A stretch of DNA of 49,578 nucleotides from assembly GCA_041665485.1 (NCBI GenBank), contig JBAYIT010000003.1:133146-182723 (forward strand), given 5' to 3'. This DNA is from Candidatus Shapirobacteria bacterium. Lineage in GTDB: Bacteria; Patescibacteriota; Microgenomatia; UBA12405. The notes under the pieces are model-generated. The model ran no database searches. It had not been told where the DNA came from and worked only from the letters and a program-made list of their open reading frames with translations. Within the stretch, counting starts at the first letter, position 1. Every line of letters begins with the position of its first letter. Both the position numbers and the translations under genes were made by a program. Below, one piece after another: positions 1 through 8,688 of the stretch.

Positions 1-405
1 AAAAAATAGTTGTCTGTCTGCTTCTATCGTTTGTTTTATTGCTTCAATACATAAGTCGGCAATTATTAAGTTGTGTTTTATAAATTTCTCCGATCTTTGT
101 TTATCTTTATATATTCGCTTTATTAAGGTCGGACTTAGTTGGTTTTGTTTGTTTAAATAACGGATACTTTTTTTATCCAAGCAGTAGATTGCCGGTTTAG
201 TATTGTCTGGATATGATTTGCTGTATTTTTTATAAATAATATTGTTGTCAGATAAGTTTTTTAACCATTTATTGGTTTGGCCAGGATGTTTGTGTTTAAG
301 AATGGTTTGTATTTGAATTCGAGTTAGATAACGGAAACGGAAAAGATGTAGGAGTATAGATAGTTGTTGATTGGTAATAGATAGAAGAAGTGTAGTGGTG
401 GTCAT
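1..405 (-). CDS. replication-relaxation (Replic_Relax-like) family protein, C-terminus cut by window edge
   Basis: Absent from the ORF track because it runs off the left edge. ATG at 405..403, open in frame to position 1. The translation MTTTTLLLSITNQQLSILLHLFRFRYLTRIQIQTILKHKHPGQTNKWLKNL...IYCLDKKSIRYL fits the N-terminal winged-helix pattern of plasmid/ICE replication-relaxation proteins. Confidence 0.5.
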   Translation of the reverse strand, partial: MTTTTLLLSITNQQLSILLHLFRFRYLTRIQIQTILKHKHPGQTNKWLKNLSDNNIIYKKYSKSYPDNTKPAIYCLDKKSIRYLNKQNQLSPTLIKRIYKDKQRSEKFIKHNLIIADLCIEAIKQTIEADRQLFF

Positions 406-438
406 GTTAGTGAGTAGTGCGTGGTGTAATGCGGCCTG

Positions 439-503
439 TTTCTCTCTTCTTTCTTTATAAAGAGAAAGGGAGAAAATAAAATTTTACTTATCCCAATATT
501 GGG
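439..503. repeat. imperfect inverted repeat (439..475) plus perfect 12-bp palindrome CCCAATATTGGG (492..503)
   Basis: Read directly. TTTCTCTCTTCTTTCTTTA / TAAAGAGAAAGGGAGAAA arms and the palindrome lie in the 140-nt gap between the ATPase gene and the replication-relaxation gene. Confidence 0.6.
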
Positions 504-546
504 TATTAATTGAATTTTGTTTAGCGCAAAGAGCTGTGTGTAATAA

Positions 547-3072
547 TTAATGGAGTTTAGTAACTACCTTTGTCGTCTTTTTGTTGGTAGGTTGTGTTAC
601 CAGTCCCTTTGGGCGAGCGTACGGCTTGGCATAATTCATTCTCGAGGCTTCAATCACTTGCCTTACCCTATCGTGGTCAGATGAGAGGCCAAGAGGTACG
701 GTTTCACCTGAAAATGGTTCCTCGGAAGTCAAGGCGTTGATTTTAATATAAAAATGAAAAGAGGGGAGACTGGCAATTTCACCCTGAGTTACGTAAGGGT
801 AAAGTTGCGGCAACAATAACCGCTCATCATCAGGACTAGCTGTTCGAAAACATATCACTGTTCCCGTGTTGGCTAACGTAACATTGACCAAAGACTTATC
901 TTCTAGTTGCGATGTTGTCTGATGAGCCAAAATGGCATTTAGTTTATATTTCCGAGCCTCAGATAAAATTTGGGCAAACGATGGTGTGGCAAAGTTTTGA
1001 AATTCATCTACGTAAAGATAAAAATCTTTTCTCTCCTCAACATTGACTCTGGCACGCTTTAGCGTCGCTAACTGAATTTTAGTTAGAAGCAATATACCAA
1101 ACAGTTCTGATGTGTCTTCACCCAGTTTTCCCTTCGATAGATTAGCTATAAGTATCTTGCTGGAGTCCATAATATCGTCAAAATTAATTAAAGATTTAGG
1201 CTGTTCTAAAATTCTTTTAGCCGTTGGGGAAAATAAAAACCGGCCAATTTTGTTGGTGATGGGAGAAATCATTTGGACTTTTTGAAAATCACCCGCCTTA
1301 CCAAATTCATATTTCCAAAAGTCATTTAGGTTCTCATCGTCTAAAAAGTTAGTCACACTTTTTTGATATTGAGTATTAGACAAAAGTTTATGAACCGTAA
1401 ATAGTGTTGAATTGGGGATTGTGAAGGCTGTATATATAGTATTCCGCAAAATATACTCCATTCGTGGCCCTGAGAACTTATCCGGGAACAATTTATGAAA
1501 CAGAGAGATGATACTTTCAGTAATAAATTCTTTCTCTCTTAAACTGTCATCCTCAGACAAATTAGGGGTCAGTTCAAGTAAATTTACAGCTATCGGATTG
1601 GCAATATCGTCAGGATTAAAATAAATTACATCATTAATTCTTTCTGGTGGAATAATTCCCAATATTGTTTCTGCTAAATCTCCGTGCGGATCTAGTATTG
1701 CCATTCCCTTACCATGATCTATATCCTGTTTAATCATCGACAATAACAAGGTCGATTTACCAGTTCCAGTTGCTCCGATAATATACATATGGCGTCGTCT
1801 CTCATCCAAACTCAATCCAATTTTAGTAGTCGTCCCACCATAACTATTTTTACCAAAATAAACATCCAAAACTTTTGTTTGTTTTAGAGACAAAGGCGCT
1901 GGTAGTTCCTTACTTTGTTGTTTGACTAAATCCTCAGTTTTAGTCGTGGCAGTATATGGTAAGTGATAAATATCAGCAATTTCAGTCACCGACAAATATG
2001 GATTATTCAATAATCCATGAAGACGATTTTTAAATAAAAACAGGTCAAGCCGTTTTATTATCGGCATATTTATCTGTCTCTTTTTTATTAATGCCTGGTA
2101 ACTTGAATTTGAAAAAGAAGCCATAGATGTAACCATTCCTTTTGTCCGTAAATTCCTTTTCGACCCATTCGGACTGGTTACTAACAGCCTAATTGTCGTC
2201 TTAAAAAGTTGCTGGTCTAGTTTTCTTTTGACTTGCGCCTGAAGTTCTTGTTCATATGCATTATCAACCTTCTTTTGCCTTCCTCCTATTAGAGAGGAAA
2301 TAAAAGGACCCTCTTTACCTTCAGTAAAAACAAAAACAAGCACCCCAACTGGAAACATCAAAATATTAACCAAGATAGTAAATATCTGTTTACCAATATT
2401 TGTAGTTTTTAAGTAATTTAAATTAAAATAAAGTTCTTTATTATTGTAAATATAATTTGTTACAGTTTTTATATCTTTAATAGAAGATTTTTCTAAGGGT
2501 GTGGTAATTACCTGAAATGAAACCAGCTCATTTAGCTCAAGTTTTGTCATCGCCCCGGTTATATAAGCAATCGGATCATTATCTTCCAGTGATATCTGGC
2601 TTTTTAAAGGCAAGGCAAAATGGTTAGTCAATGCAAACTCAACAATTGAAGTAGTTTTTGTATTTTGTTCAGGCTTAACATAATCATCAACTTCTTTAAT
2701 AGTCATTCCCGATAAATAAGCCAACAGTTCGTGTTTAACAATCGAGGCATCATCTTCGTTAACCCGAACATAATATCGAATTCCTTCAACTCTTGATGAC
2801 GCGATTTCAAAAGAATAGTTCTTTGTTTCACCAACAATTCTTTGAAAAAACGATCGTTGCTTCGACAATCCGTGAATCAAAGAAAATAGTTGTTGAGTGC
2901 TACACGGTATCTGTTCAGTTTTCCTCAATGGGACAATCTCCAATATTATCTGTTTCTCGTGTAATTTTCTCCAAATTAAAACTAATTTAACCGCAATTTT
3001 AGTCACTAAAACTAAGCCAAGCATAAAAGCCATCACCATTACTGTTTTATTGACACTATCTAATAGGTTCAT
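547..3072 (-). CDS. membrane-anchored VirD4/TraD/TraG-like (type IV coupling protein-like) P-loop ATPase
   Basis: 841-aa ORF. N-terminal TM helices (VMVMAFMLGLVLVTKIAVKLVLIW, IFTILVNILMFPVGVLVFVF). Walker A in YIIGATGTGKSTLL, Walker B-like YLYVDEFQNF. Overall layout matches T4SS DNA-binding/coupling ATPases. Confidence 0.7.
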   Translation of the reverse strand: MNLLDSVNKTVMVMAFMLGLVLVTKIAVKLVLIWRKLHEKQIILEIVPLRKTEQIPCSTQQLFSLIHGLSKQRSFFQRIVGETKNYSFEIASSRVEGIRYYVRVNEDDASIVKHELLAYLSGMTIKEVDDYVKPEQNTKTTSIVEFALTNHFALPLKSQISLEDNDPIAYITGAMTKLELNELVSFQVITTPLEKSSIKDIKTVTNYIYNNKELYFNLNYLKTTNIGKQIFTILVNILMFPVGVLVFVFTEGKEGPFISSLIGGRQKKVDNAYEQELQAQVKRKLDQQLFKTTIRLLVTSPNGSKRNLRTKGMVTSMASFSNSSYQALIKKRQINMPIIKRLDLFLFKNRLHGLLNNPYLSVTEIADIYHLPYTATTKTEDLVKQQSKELPAPLSLKQTKVLDVYFGKNSYGGTTTKIGLSLDERRRHMYIIGATGTGKSTLLLSMIKQDIDHGKGMAILDPHGDLAETILGIIPPERINDVIYFNPDDIANPIAVNLLELTPNLSEDDSLREKEFITESIISLFHKLFPDKFSGPRMEYILRNTIYTAFTIPNSTLFTVHKLLSNTQYQKSVTNFLDDENLNDFWKYEFGKAGDFQKVQMISPITNKIGRFLFSPTAKRILEQPKSLINFDDIMDSSKILIANLSKGKLGEDTSELFGILLLTKIQLATLKRARVNVEERKDFYLYVDEFQNFATPSFAQILSEARKYKLNAILAHQTTSQLEDKSLVNVTLANTGTVICFRTASPDDERLLLPQLYPYVTQGEIASLPSFHFYIKINALTSEEPFSGETVPLGLSSDHDRVRQVIEASRMNYAKPYARPKGLVTQPTNKKTTKVVTKLH

Positions 3073-3145
3073 TTTTTAAAATAAGGCGGAAAGTAAGAAG
3101 TAAGTTAGTATATTACAAATATTTTTTATTAATAGCACCAAACTA

Positions 3146-3173
3146 TTGACCAAATTCCTACATTTGCTATACT
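3146..3173 (+). promoter_or_regulatory. candidate sigma70-type promoter for the small ORF and recombinase
   Basis: TTGACC (3146..3151), 16-nt spacer, TGcTATACT (extended -10, TATACT 3168..3173). Overlaps the palindrome CTATCC-ATATAC-GGATAG (3172..3189), a possible operator. Confidence 0.35.
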
Positions 3174-3202
3174 ATCCATATACGGATAGCTAGCATAATA
3201 GT

Positions 3203-3358
3203 ATGAAAACAAAACGAAAATATAAAAGTAGAAATATGACGGAAGCAACCAACATAACAATGGAGGACAGGCTAAGAATATTAGCCAACGTTATTGTCGA
3301 CAGAATTATGGAAGATCAGCAAGGGAAATTAACAAACCAAGGAGGGGATAATGGCTGA
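3203..3358 (+). CDS. small basic hypothetical protein (51 aa), possible recombinase accessory factor
   Basis: Below the ORF-track size cut-off. ATG at 3203, translation MKTKRKYKSRNMTEATNITMEDRLRILANVIVDRIMEDQQGKLTNQGGDNG. Its stop overlaps the recombinase start (ATGGCTGA, 8-nt overlap), suggesting translational coupling. No homology recognised. Confidence 0.3.
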   Translation: MKTKRKYKSRNMTEATNITMEDRLRILANVIVDRIMEDQQGKLTNQGGDNG

Positions 3359-5036
3359 ATTCAACATTGTTAGTGAAAATGCTGTCGTAGCCATTCGAGT
3401 TTCCTCAATTAAACAAGGACTTCAAGGGGATTCTCCAGAGGCTCAAAAAGAACAAATCGAACAATTTGCTAAAACCAGAAATATCACTATCAAAAAGTTT
3501 TTTATATTTATGGAATCTGCCTCCAAAGAAGAACAACCCGTCCAAGAGGCGATTGATTATTGTAAAAATCCAAATAACGGCATTCAATTGTTTATCATTA
3601 AGTCAATTGACCGGTTCACTAGGGGAGGTTCCTATTTGTACGATCATCTAAAAATGCAATTGACTAAAGAAAATGTAAAGTTAGTTGATATTTATGGGAT
3701 TATTGGTAGTCAAAAAGTCAACACTTTAGAACATCTTGGCTTTGAATATAACTGGAGTGTCTATAGCCCAACAAATAAAGCTGAAATTCTCGAAGCAGAG
3801 AGAGCTAAGGATGAAATGAGAGATATTATGTCTCGCATGATTGGAGCCGAAATCAGATACGTAAAATTAGGTTTTAGAGTTCGACGACCACCCTTTGGAT
3901 ACATTAATGAGAAGGTTGAGACATCGCATGGCAAAAGAGTTGTCCTCAAACCTCACCCCGAAGAATCGCAATGGATTCTTAAAATGTACGACCTAAGATT
4001 AAGAGGCACCATGACCGACGCCCAAATTATTGATGAACTTAATAAACTCGGATATCAATCTCGCAAACAATACATTAGAAACCCCAAGGACAGAACAAAA
4101 ATAATTGGCGAAAGGGGAGGAGGGCAATTGAATTTGAAGCAGTTTTTAAGATATATGGAAAATCCTATCTATGCCGGAATAAACATTGAAAAATGGACAA
4201 ACGGCCTACCTGTTAAAGCAAAATTTAACGGTATTGTTACCGTAAAACTATTTAACAAAGCCAATAACGATAAAGTAAAGATAGTTGAACACAATGGTGA
4301 GTTAAAAATGATAAAAAGGTTACCTCCAGAATATTTACTAAGGAAACAATCAAAAAGCCCTAGATTTCCTTATAAACAATTTATCCTCTGCCCGCATTGT
4401 CGAAAACCGCTTTATGGCAGTGCCTCAAGAGGAAAACTGGGCAAGCATTATCCGGCTTATCACTGTTATCGAGATAAGCACTATTTTCGGGTTGTTTCTT
4501 CAGAATTAGAAAATACGGTCAAATCTTTTGTTAAAAATTTAGATATCAACAAAGAATACGTTGAAGAGCTTAAAAAATATGTAATCGATATCTGGAACAA
4601 AAGACAAACAGAAGTTGTGACTGATAATGCCAAAATTGAAGACAAGGTCGCAGAGCTTAGAATTCAAGCCAGAGCCACTGCCGATAAAATCAAGTTTTTG
4701 AATTCGGAAGTTGCCATAAAATATCTTGAAGAAGACCTCGTTGGAATTGAAAAGCAGATTATCAATCTCCAGCAAGGCAAAGACGTGGAACCTCAAATCA
4801 ACCAAAATATGGAAGTTATTATGGAAAACGTTGGATATTTTTTGGAACACCTCGAAGAACTAATGGTAGGTTCCAAGAATCCGTTAAAACAGGCAGCCTA
4901 TTTTGGCCTCATTTTTGAACAAACACCGACCTATCAAGAACTGCTCTTTGGAACCCCCAAGTTACAACCGTATCTTACGCTAAAAGATCATTTTCAAAAC
5001 CTACCATTACCAATAGGTGACCCCACGGGGAATTGA
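3351..5036 (+). CDS. large serine recombinase (resolvase/invertase N-domain + recombinase domain + zinc ribbon + coiled coil)
   Basis: N-terminus VAIRVSSIKQGLQGDSPEAQ carries the catalytic Ser motif (cf. RVSTxxQ). Central domain FGYINEK...RLRGTMTDAQIIDELNKLGY. Cys/His cluster CPHCRKPLYGS...YHCYRDKHY. Strong SD AAGGAGGGG before the ATG. Confidence 0.85.
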   Translation: MAEFNIVSENAVVAIRVSSIKQGLQGDSPEAQKEQIEQFAKTRNITIKKFFIFMESASKEEQPVQEAIDYCKNPNNGIQLFIIKSIDRFTRGGSYLYDHLKMQLTKENVKLVDIYGIIGSQKVNTLEHLGFEYNWSVYSPTNKAEILEAERAKDEMRDIMSRMIGAEIRYVKLGFRVRRPPFGYINEKVETSHGKRVVLKPHPEESQWILKMYDLRLRGTMTDAQIIDELNKLGYQSRKQYIRNPKDRTKIIGERGGGQLNLKQFLRYMENPIYAGINIEKWTNGLPVKAKFNGIVTVKLFNKANNDKVKIVEHNGELKMIKRLPPEYLLRKQSKSPRFPYKQFILCPHCRKPLYGSASRGKLGKHYPAYHCYRDKHYFRVVSSELENTVKSFVKNLDINKEYVEELKKYVIDIWNKRQTEVVTDNAKIEDKVAELRIQARATADKIKFLNSEVAIKYLEEDLVGIEKQIINLQQGKDVEPQINQNMEVIMENVGYFLEHLEELMVGSKNPLKQAAYFGLIFEQTPTYQELLFGTPKLQPYLTLKDHFQNLPLPIGDPTGN

Positions 5037-5089
5037 ACCCCGGTTACCAGGATGAGAACCTGATGTCCTAGCCACTAGACGATGGGGCC
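5018..5089 (-). tRNA. tRNA-Glu (anticodon CUC)
   Basis: Hand-folded cloverleaf of GGCCCCATCGTCTAGTGGCTAGGACATCAGGTTCTCATCCTGGTAACCGGGGTTCAATTCCCCGTGGGGTCA. Acceptor GGCCCCA/TGGGGTC, D arm GTCT/GGAC, anticodon stem TCAGG/CCTGG with loop TTCTCAT, T arm CGGGG-TTCAATT-CCCCG, discriminator A. CC follows, but no full CCA is encoded. Confidence 0.85.
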
Positions 5090-5105
5090 TGCTACAATAA
5101 ACCAG

Positions 5106-6221
5106 ATGAATTTTATCAAATCGAGGCCTCTTTTTCTGTTGCTTGCTTTAACCCTCCTAACAACTCTCCTCTTCTGGTCTGTTTTTTATTTCAATTTACC
5201 CCGCGTTTTAGGCTTTCCTAGCGTTTCCATGCAAACACTTTTTGCTAATTACGACGGTCAAAACTATCTTATTATTTCCAAATGTGGCTATAATCCGAGT
5301 TGCATTCGCAGTCGCTTTGCCCAACCTCTTCCCCTTGAATATTTCCCTGCCCATTTTCCGGGCTATCCACTCTTAATCTCCCTTTTATCACTTTTTTTCT
5401 CCGCTCCCTGGGCCATGCTTTTCGTCACTCTTATTGGTTCTCTCCTTCTTACTTATTATTTTTATCTTTTAATCAAAGACATTACTGATGATAAAACCGC
5501 CTTTTGGCTAAGCCTAATACTTCTCTTTTTTCCAGCCCGTCTCTTTGTCTTGCGCCTTATTGGTGCTCCCGAAAGTTTATTTATTTTTGCCTGTCTTGCC
5601 TCTATTTATTATTTCCAAAAAAAACGCTTTGTCGTTTCAGCTCTCCTCGCTCTTTTAGCCCAAACCCTCAAAAGCCCCGGCGTTCTACTTTTTGTCACTT
5701 ACGCTTTCTATTTTTTAATTAACAAAAAAATAAATAAAAGTTATTTCTGGTATTTACTTGCTCCCTTTTCTCTCTTATTTATCTTTGGTCTTTATTATTT
5801 TCAAACTGGCGATTTTTTCGCCTATTTTCATAGTGGCGACAATATCCATCTCTCTCTTTTTCCTTATGGTGTCTTTCTGAGTTTTCGCTCCTGGATTGGT
5901 ACTATTTGGCTCGAAGATATTATTTACCTTCTCGCTTTTGCCTTTTTTGGCCTTAATTTTCTTTACCAACGCTTTAAGCGTGACCCGCTCTTTCTTTTTC
6001 CCGCTATCTATCTTTTTTTTGTTATCTTTGTTTCCCATCGTGACATCAGCCGTTATCTATCGCCAATTTTCCCGTTTCTGTTGCTTGGATTTTCCGGCCT
6101 AACCAAGCTTCCTCGCTTTAAACTCATCTTTTTTCTTCTCATACCAGCTGTTGTCCTCTATGCCATCAATTTTATTATCGGCAACACTGCCCCAATTGAA
6201 AACTGGTTTCAATACTTATGA
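5106..6221 (+). CDS. polytopic membrane protein, PIG-V-like / GT-C mannosyltransferase family (tentative)
   Basis: The track start 5082 overlaps the tRNA, so the internal ATG at 5106 (MNFIKSRP...) is preferred. Many TM helices. NYDGQNYLIISKCGYNP...FPAHFPGYPLL resembles the PIG-V/mannosyltransferase-2 motif. Confidence 0.5.
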   Translation: MNFIKSRPLFLLLALTLLTTLLFWSVFYFNLPRVLGFPSVSMQTLFANYDGQNYLIISKCGYNPSCIRSRFAQPLPLEYFPAHFPGYPLLISLLSLFFSAPWAMLFVTLIGSLLLTYYFYLLIKDITDDKTAFWLSLILLFFPARLFVLRLIGAPESLFIFACLASIYYFQKKRFVVSALLALLAQTLKSPGVLLFVTYAFYFLINKKINKSYFWYLLAPFSLLFIFGLYYFQTGDFFAYFHSGDNIHLSLFPYGVFLSFRSWIGTIWLEDIIYLLAFAFFGLNFLYQRFKRDPLFLFPAIYLFFVIFVSHRDISRYLSPIFPFLLLGFSGLTKLPRFKLIFFLLIPAVVLYAINFIIGNTAPIENWFQYL

Positions 6222-7792
6222 ACAGCACTTTTAGATCCACTGAAGCATCGGTCAAAAATCATCTCGACCTTTGTTATCAGCTCCTCGACTCTGGTAATTT
6301 CTTTCCCCTCTCAAATCTTTTTCCTACCTATGTCGAAATTTCCCCCTCTCTTCACCGTCTCCTCTCCGGGTCAGAAGTTGACTTTGCCGCCCTCAATTAC
6401 GCCATTGATCGTCTTCCTCCCCAAATTTTTGAAACCGAAAAAGTAATTTTTGGCCAGGAGGATGCTGATTTTCTTAAAGCCAAAATTTATAATCTCGATC
6501 GTTGGGCTACAGTTTCCGCCAAATCCCGTCGTCGCCAATATCGTTTTCATCCCGGCGAAAAAACACTCTTGGTATATCTTGCCTCTGACTCTGATCTTGA
6601 GGATTTTATCAACACTCTCATTAGTTTAAGCCTCGAAGCTAAAAAAATTATTGACCACCGCCTTTCTTGCCCGCCTCCGCTTTTACCCTACCAGCCACAT
6701 CTCACTAAACTTTTAGAAATTCAACTTCAACTTCTTAATCGTACTCCGGAGAAATATGATCAAATTGCCAAAAATTGGGTCGATTCTGTCATCAGTCAAT
6801 CTTTAGTTTTTGGCCTTACTCAAGCGCCCATTTATCTTGTTTCCTCCAATCTCCATAGTCTGGTCAATATTATTGGCGGTTATGTTCGTCAGGTTCAAGA
6901 TCAAATATTTATCACCACTGTTGCCAATCACCCCGATCTTTCCAGTCTTTGGCAAGAAGTCAAATACGGTGCCAACCCCATTCGCACCAACGATTTTCTC
7001 TATTATGCCTCCAGCATTTATTTTTCCGAAAACCCACTGGAGACTAAAGCCAAAGATGACTATGAGTTTTCTTTAGGTATCAGAAACGTTTCTCCTAAAA
7101 GCGCTCTTCCCAGTCGTGTCCAAATTATTCCCGTTTCCGCCATCGCCAATACTCGCCAGCTTGATGCCCATCTTTCTCTTACTAATCCGGAAAAAATTCG
7201 CCAAAGTCAGGCTTACATCATTAACTACGACTATCCTCTAGGCCAGGCTGCCTTCTATTTATTATCCGAATTAATTGCTAGCCTGTCCAAAACTAAGGGT
7301 ATTTATGTCATTGGTAAAGCTGCCATTCTTTCCGGTGAAGTTGGTGATATTCAAATCCCATCCGTTGTTCTCGACGAAAAATCCGGCAACATTTTTCATT
7401 CCGGTAATATTTTTAATCAGGAATTTCAGTATCAGGGGATTCAATGTCAAATTCTTAGAGATCAGAAAGCTGTTTGTGTTTATGGAACCTATTTAGAAAA
7501 CCAAGAACAACTTAATAATTATATTTCTAATGGTTACAATATTGTTGAAATGGAATCTGGGCCATATTTAATGGCTCTTCTCAAGCAAATTGGTCTCGAT
7601 CATCAATCTGTTTTTGATCAAGCTGTCGATTATTCTTGCCTTCCACTTGATTTTGGCATCATTAATTATGCCTCCGATAACCCGCTAACTAAAAACCTTG
7701 GTGAAGGTTCAATGGCTATTCGTGGCATCGAGCCGGCTTACCTCGCTTCTTTGGCTGTTGTCCAGCGAATTATTGATCTTGAGTCAAAGTAG
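6218..7792 (+). CDS. hypothetical protein with C-terminal nucleoside-phosphorylase-like (PNP_UDP_1-type) region and an unrecognised ~330-aa N-terminal region
   Basis: C-terminal motifs VIGKAAILSGEVGDIQIPSVVLDEKSG and YNIVEMESGPYLMAL resemble the GxAGxL..GDxxI and EMES motifs of the phosphorylase/nucleosidase fold. 4-nt overlap with the upstream gene. Confidence 0.35.
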   Translation: MNSTFRSTEASVKNHLDLCYQLLDSGNFFPLSNLFPTYVEISPSLHRLLSGSEVDFAALNYAIDRLPPQIFETEKVIFGQEDADFLKAKIYNLDRWATVSAKSRRRQYRFHPGEKTLLVYLASDSDLEDFINTLISLSLEAKKIIDHRLSCPPPLLPYQPHLTKLLEIQLQLLNRTPEKYDQIAKNWVDSVISQSLVFGLTQAPIYLVSSNLHSLVNIIGGYVRQVQDQIFITTVANHPDLSSLWQEVKYGANPIRTNDFLYYASSIYFSENPLETKAKDDYEFSLGIRNVSPKSALPSRVQIIPVSAIANTRQLDAHLSLTNPEKIRQSQAYIINYDYPLGQAAFYLLSELIASLSKTKGIYVIGKAAILSGEVGDIQIPSVVLDEKSGNIFHSGNIFNQEFQYQGIQCQILRDQKAVCVYGTYLENQEQLNNYISNGYNIVEMESGPYLMALLKQIGLDHQSVFDQAVDYSCLPLDFGIINYASDNPLTKNLGEGSMAIRGIEPAYLASLAVVQRIIDLESK

Positions 7793-8657
7793 GGTAAATT
7801 TTTCCCATTTCCTCACTTACTAAGCCGGCAATCGCCATTTGGCTAATAACTACACTAATTTCCGTAATTTTTAGCCCTAGTCGCCGGCTAAGTTCGTCAA
7901 TTGTTAGTGGTTCCGTCTCAATTAGTTCCCATATCTGCTTTTGTGGAGGTAAAAGTTCGGTCACCAAACTAAGTTGTTCTATTCTAACCTTGCCTTCGAT
8001 AATATCGTTAGCTGTCAATGCCACTCTGGCATCCCCCCTGGCAATCAAATAGTTCGTCCCGTTTGATAATCTGGCTGTAATCATCCCCGGCACGGCCCAC
8101 AATTTCTTATTCTGTTCCAGCGCCATCCGAGCCGTTATCAAACTGCCTGATTTATAATCAGCCTCCACCACCAATACGCCAAAACTTGCTAATCCAGCCA
8201 CAATTCGGTTTCTTTGGGGAAAACTCCATAGTGTTGGTTTAAAATCCGCCTCGTACTCTGATATCACCAGTCCTCCGGTATTAATTATTTGGCTGTAAAG
8301 TTTGTCATTCTCAGTCGGTGTCAATTCATCAAGTCCGCCACCTAAAACCGCCACCGTTTTTCCTCCATTCTCAATTGTTAATTGGTGGGCCCAGCTGTCC
8401 ACTCCATACATAAATCCAGAAATTATCGTTATTTTTTTGGCCACTAAATCAGGCATAAATTTTTCCAGTACTTCCCGCCCATATCTTGTCATCCTCCGGC
8501 TTCCCACTATTGCCAAAGATTTATCAAATAATTCGCTATTCCACTCGCCTCGATAATAGAGTCGCTTTGGTTTATTTTTAATTGTTTTTAAACTTTCCGG
8601 AAAATTTTCATCCTCAAACTTGATAGTTTTGATTTCCCATTCTCTCCAGTCTTTCAT
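7770..8657 (-). CDS. dprA: DNA processing protein DprA/Smf
   Basis: LAIVGSRRMTRYGREVLEKF...ISGFMYGVDSWAHQ...GGLVISEY...RNRIVAGL match DprA Rossmann-like motifs, with a C-terminal winged helix. The track start 8759 overlaps yraN, so ATG 8657 (MKDWREW...) is preferred. Confidence 0.85.
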   Translation of the reverse strand: MKDWREWEIKTIKFEDENFPESLKTIKNKPKRLYYRGEWNSELFDKSLAIVGSRRMTRYGREVLEKFMPDLVAKKITIISGFMYGVDSWAHQLTIENGGKTVAVLGGGLDELTPTENDKLYSQIINTGGLVISEYEADFKPTLWSFPQRNRIVAGLASFGVLVVEADYKSGSLITARMALEQNKKLWAVPGMITARLSNGTNYLIARGDARVALTANDIIEGKVRIEQLSLVTELLPPQKQIWELIETEPLTIDELSRRLGLKITEISVVISQMAIAGLVSEEMGKIYPTLTQDQ

Positions 8658-8688
8658 ATTTGGAAATTGTCGATTTGTAATTTGGAAA

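Larger units (their letters stand above)
1..5036. mobile_element. right-hand end of a putative integrated conjugative/mobilisable element or prophage-like island at tRNA-Glu (left end outside the window)
   Basis: Co-location of a replication-relaxation gene, a VirD4-like ATPase and a large serine recombinase abutting and overlapping a tRNA gene. Extent to the left is unknown. Confidence 0.5.

Noticed and set aside
5082-5105. The track start codon for the membrane protein at 5082.
   Set aside because: It would overlap the 5' end of tRNA-Glu (5089). The internal ATG at 5106 gives a normal signal/TM start.
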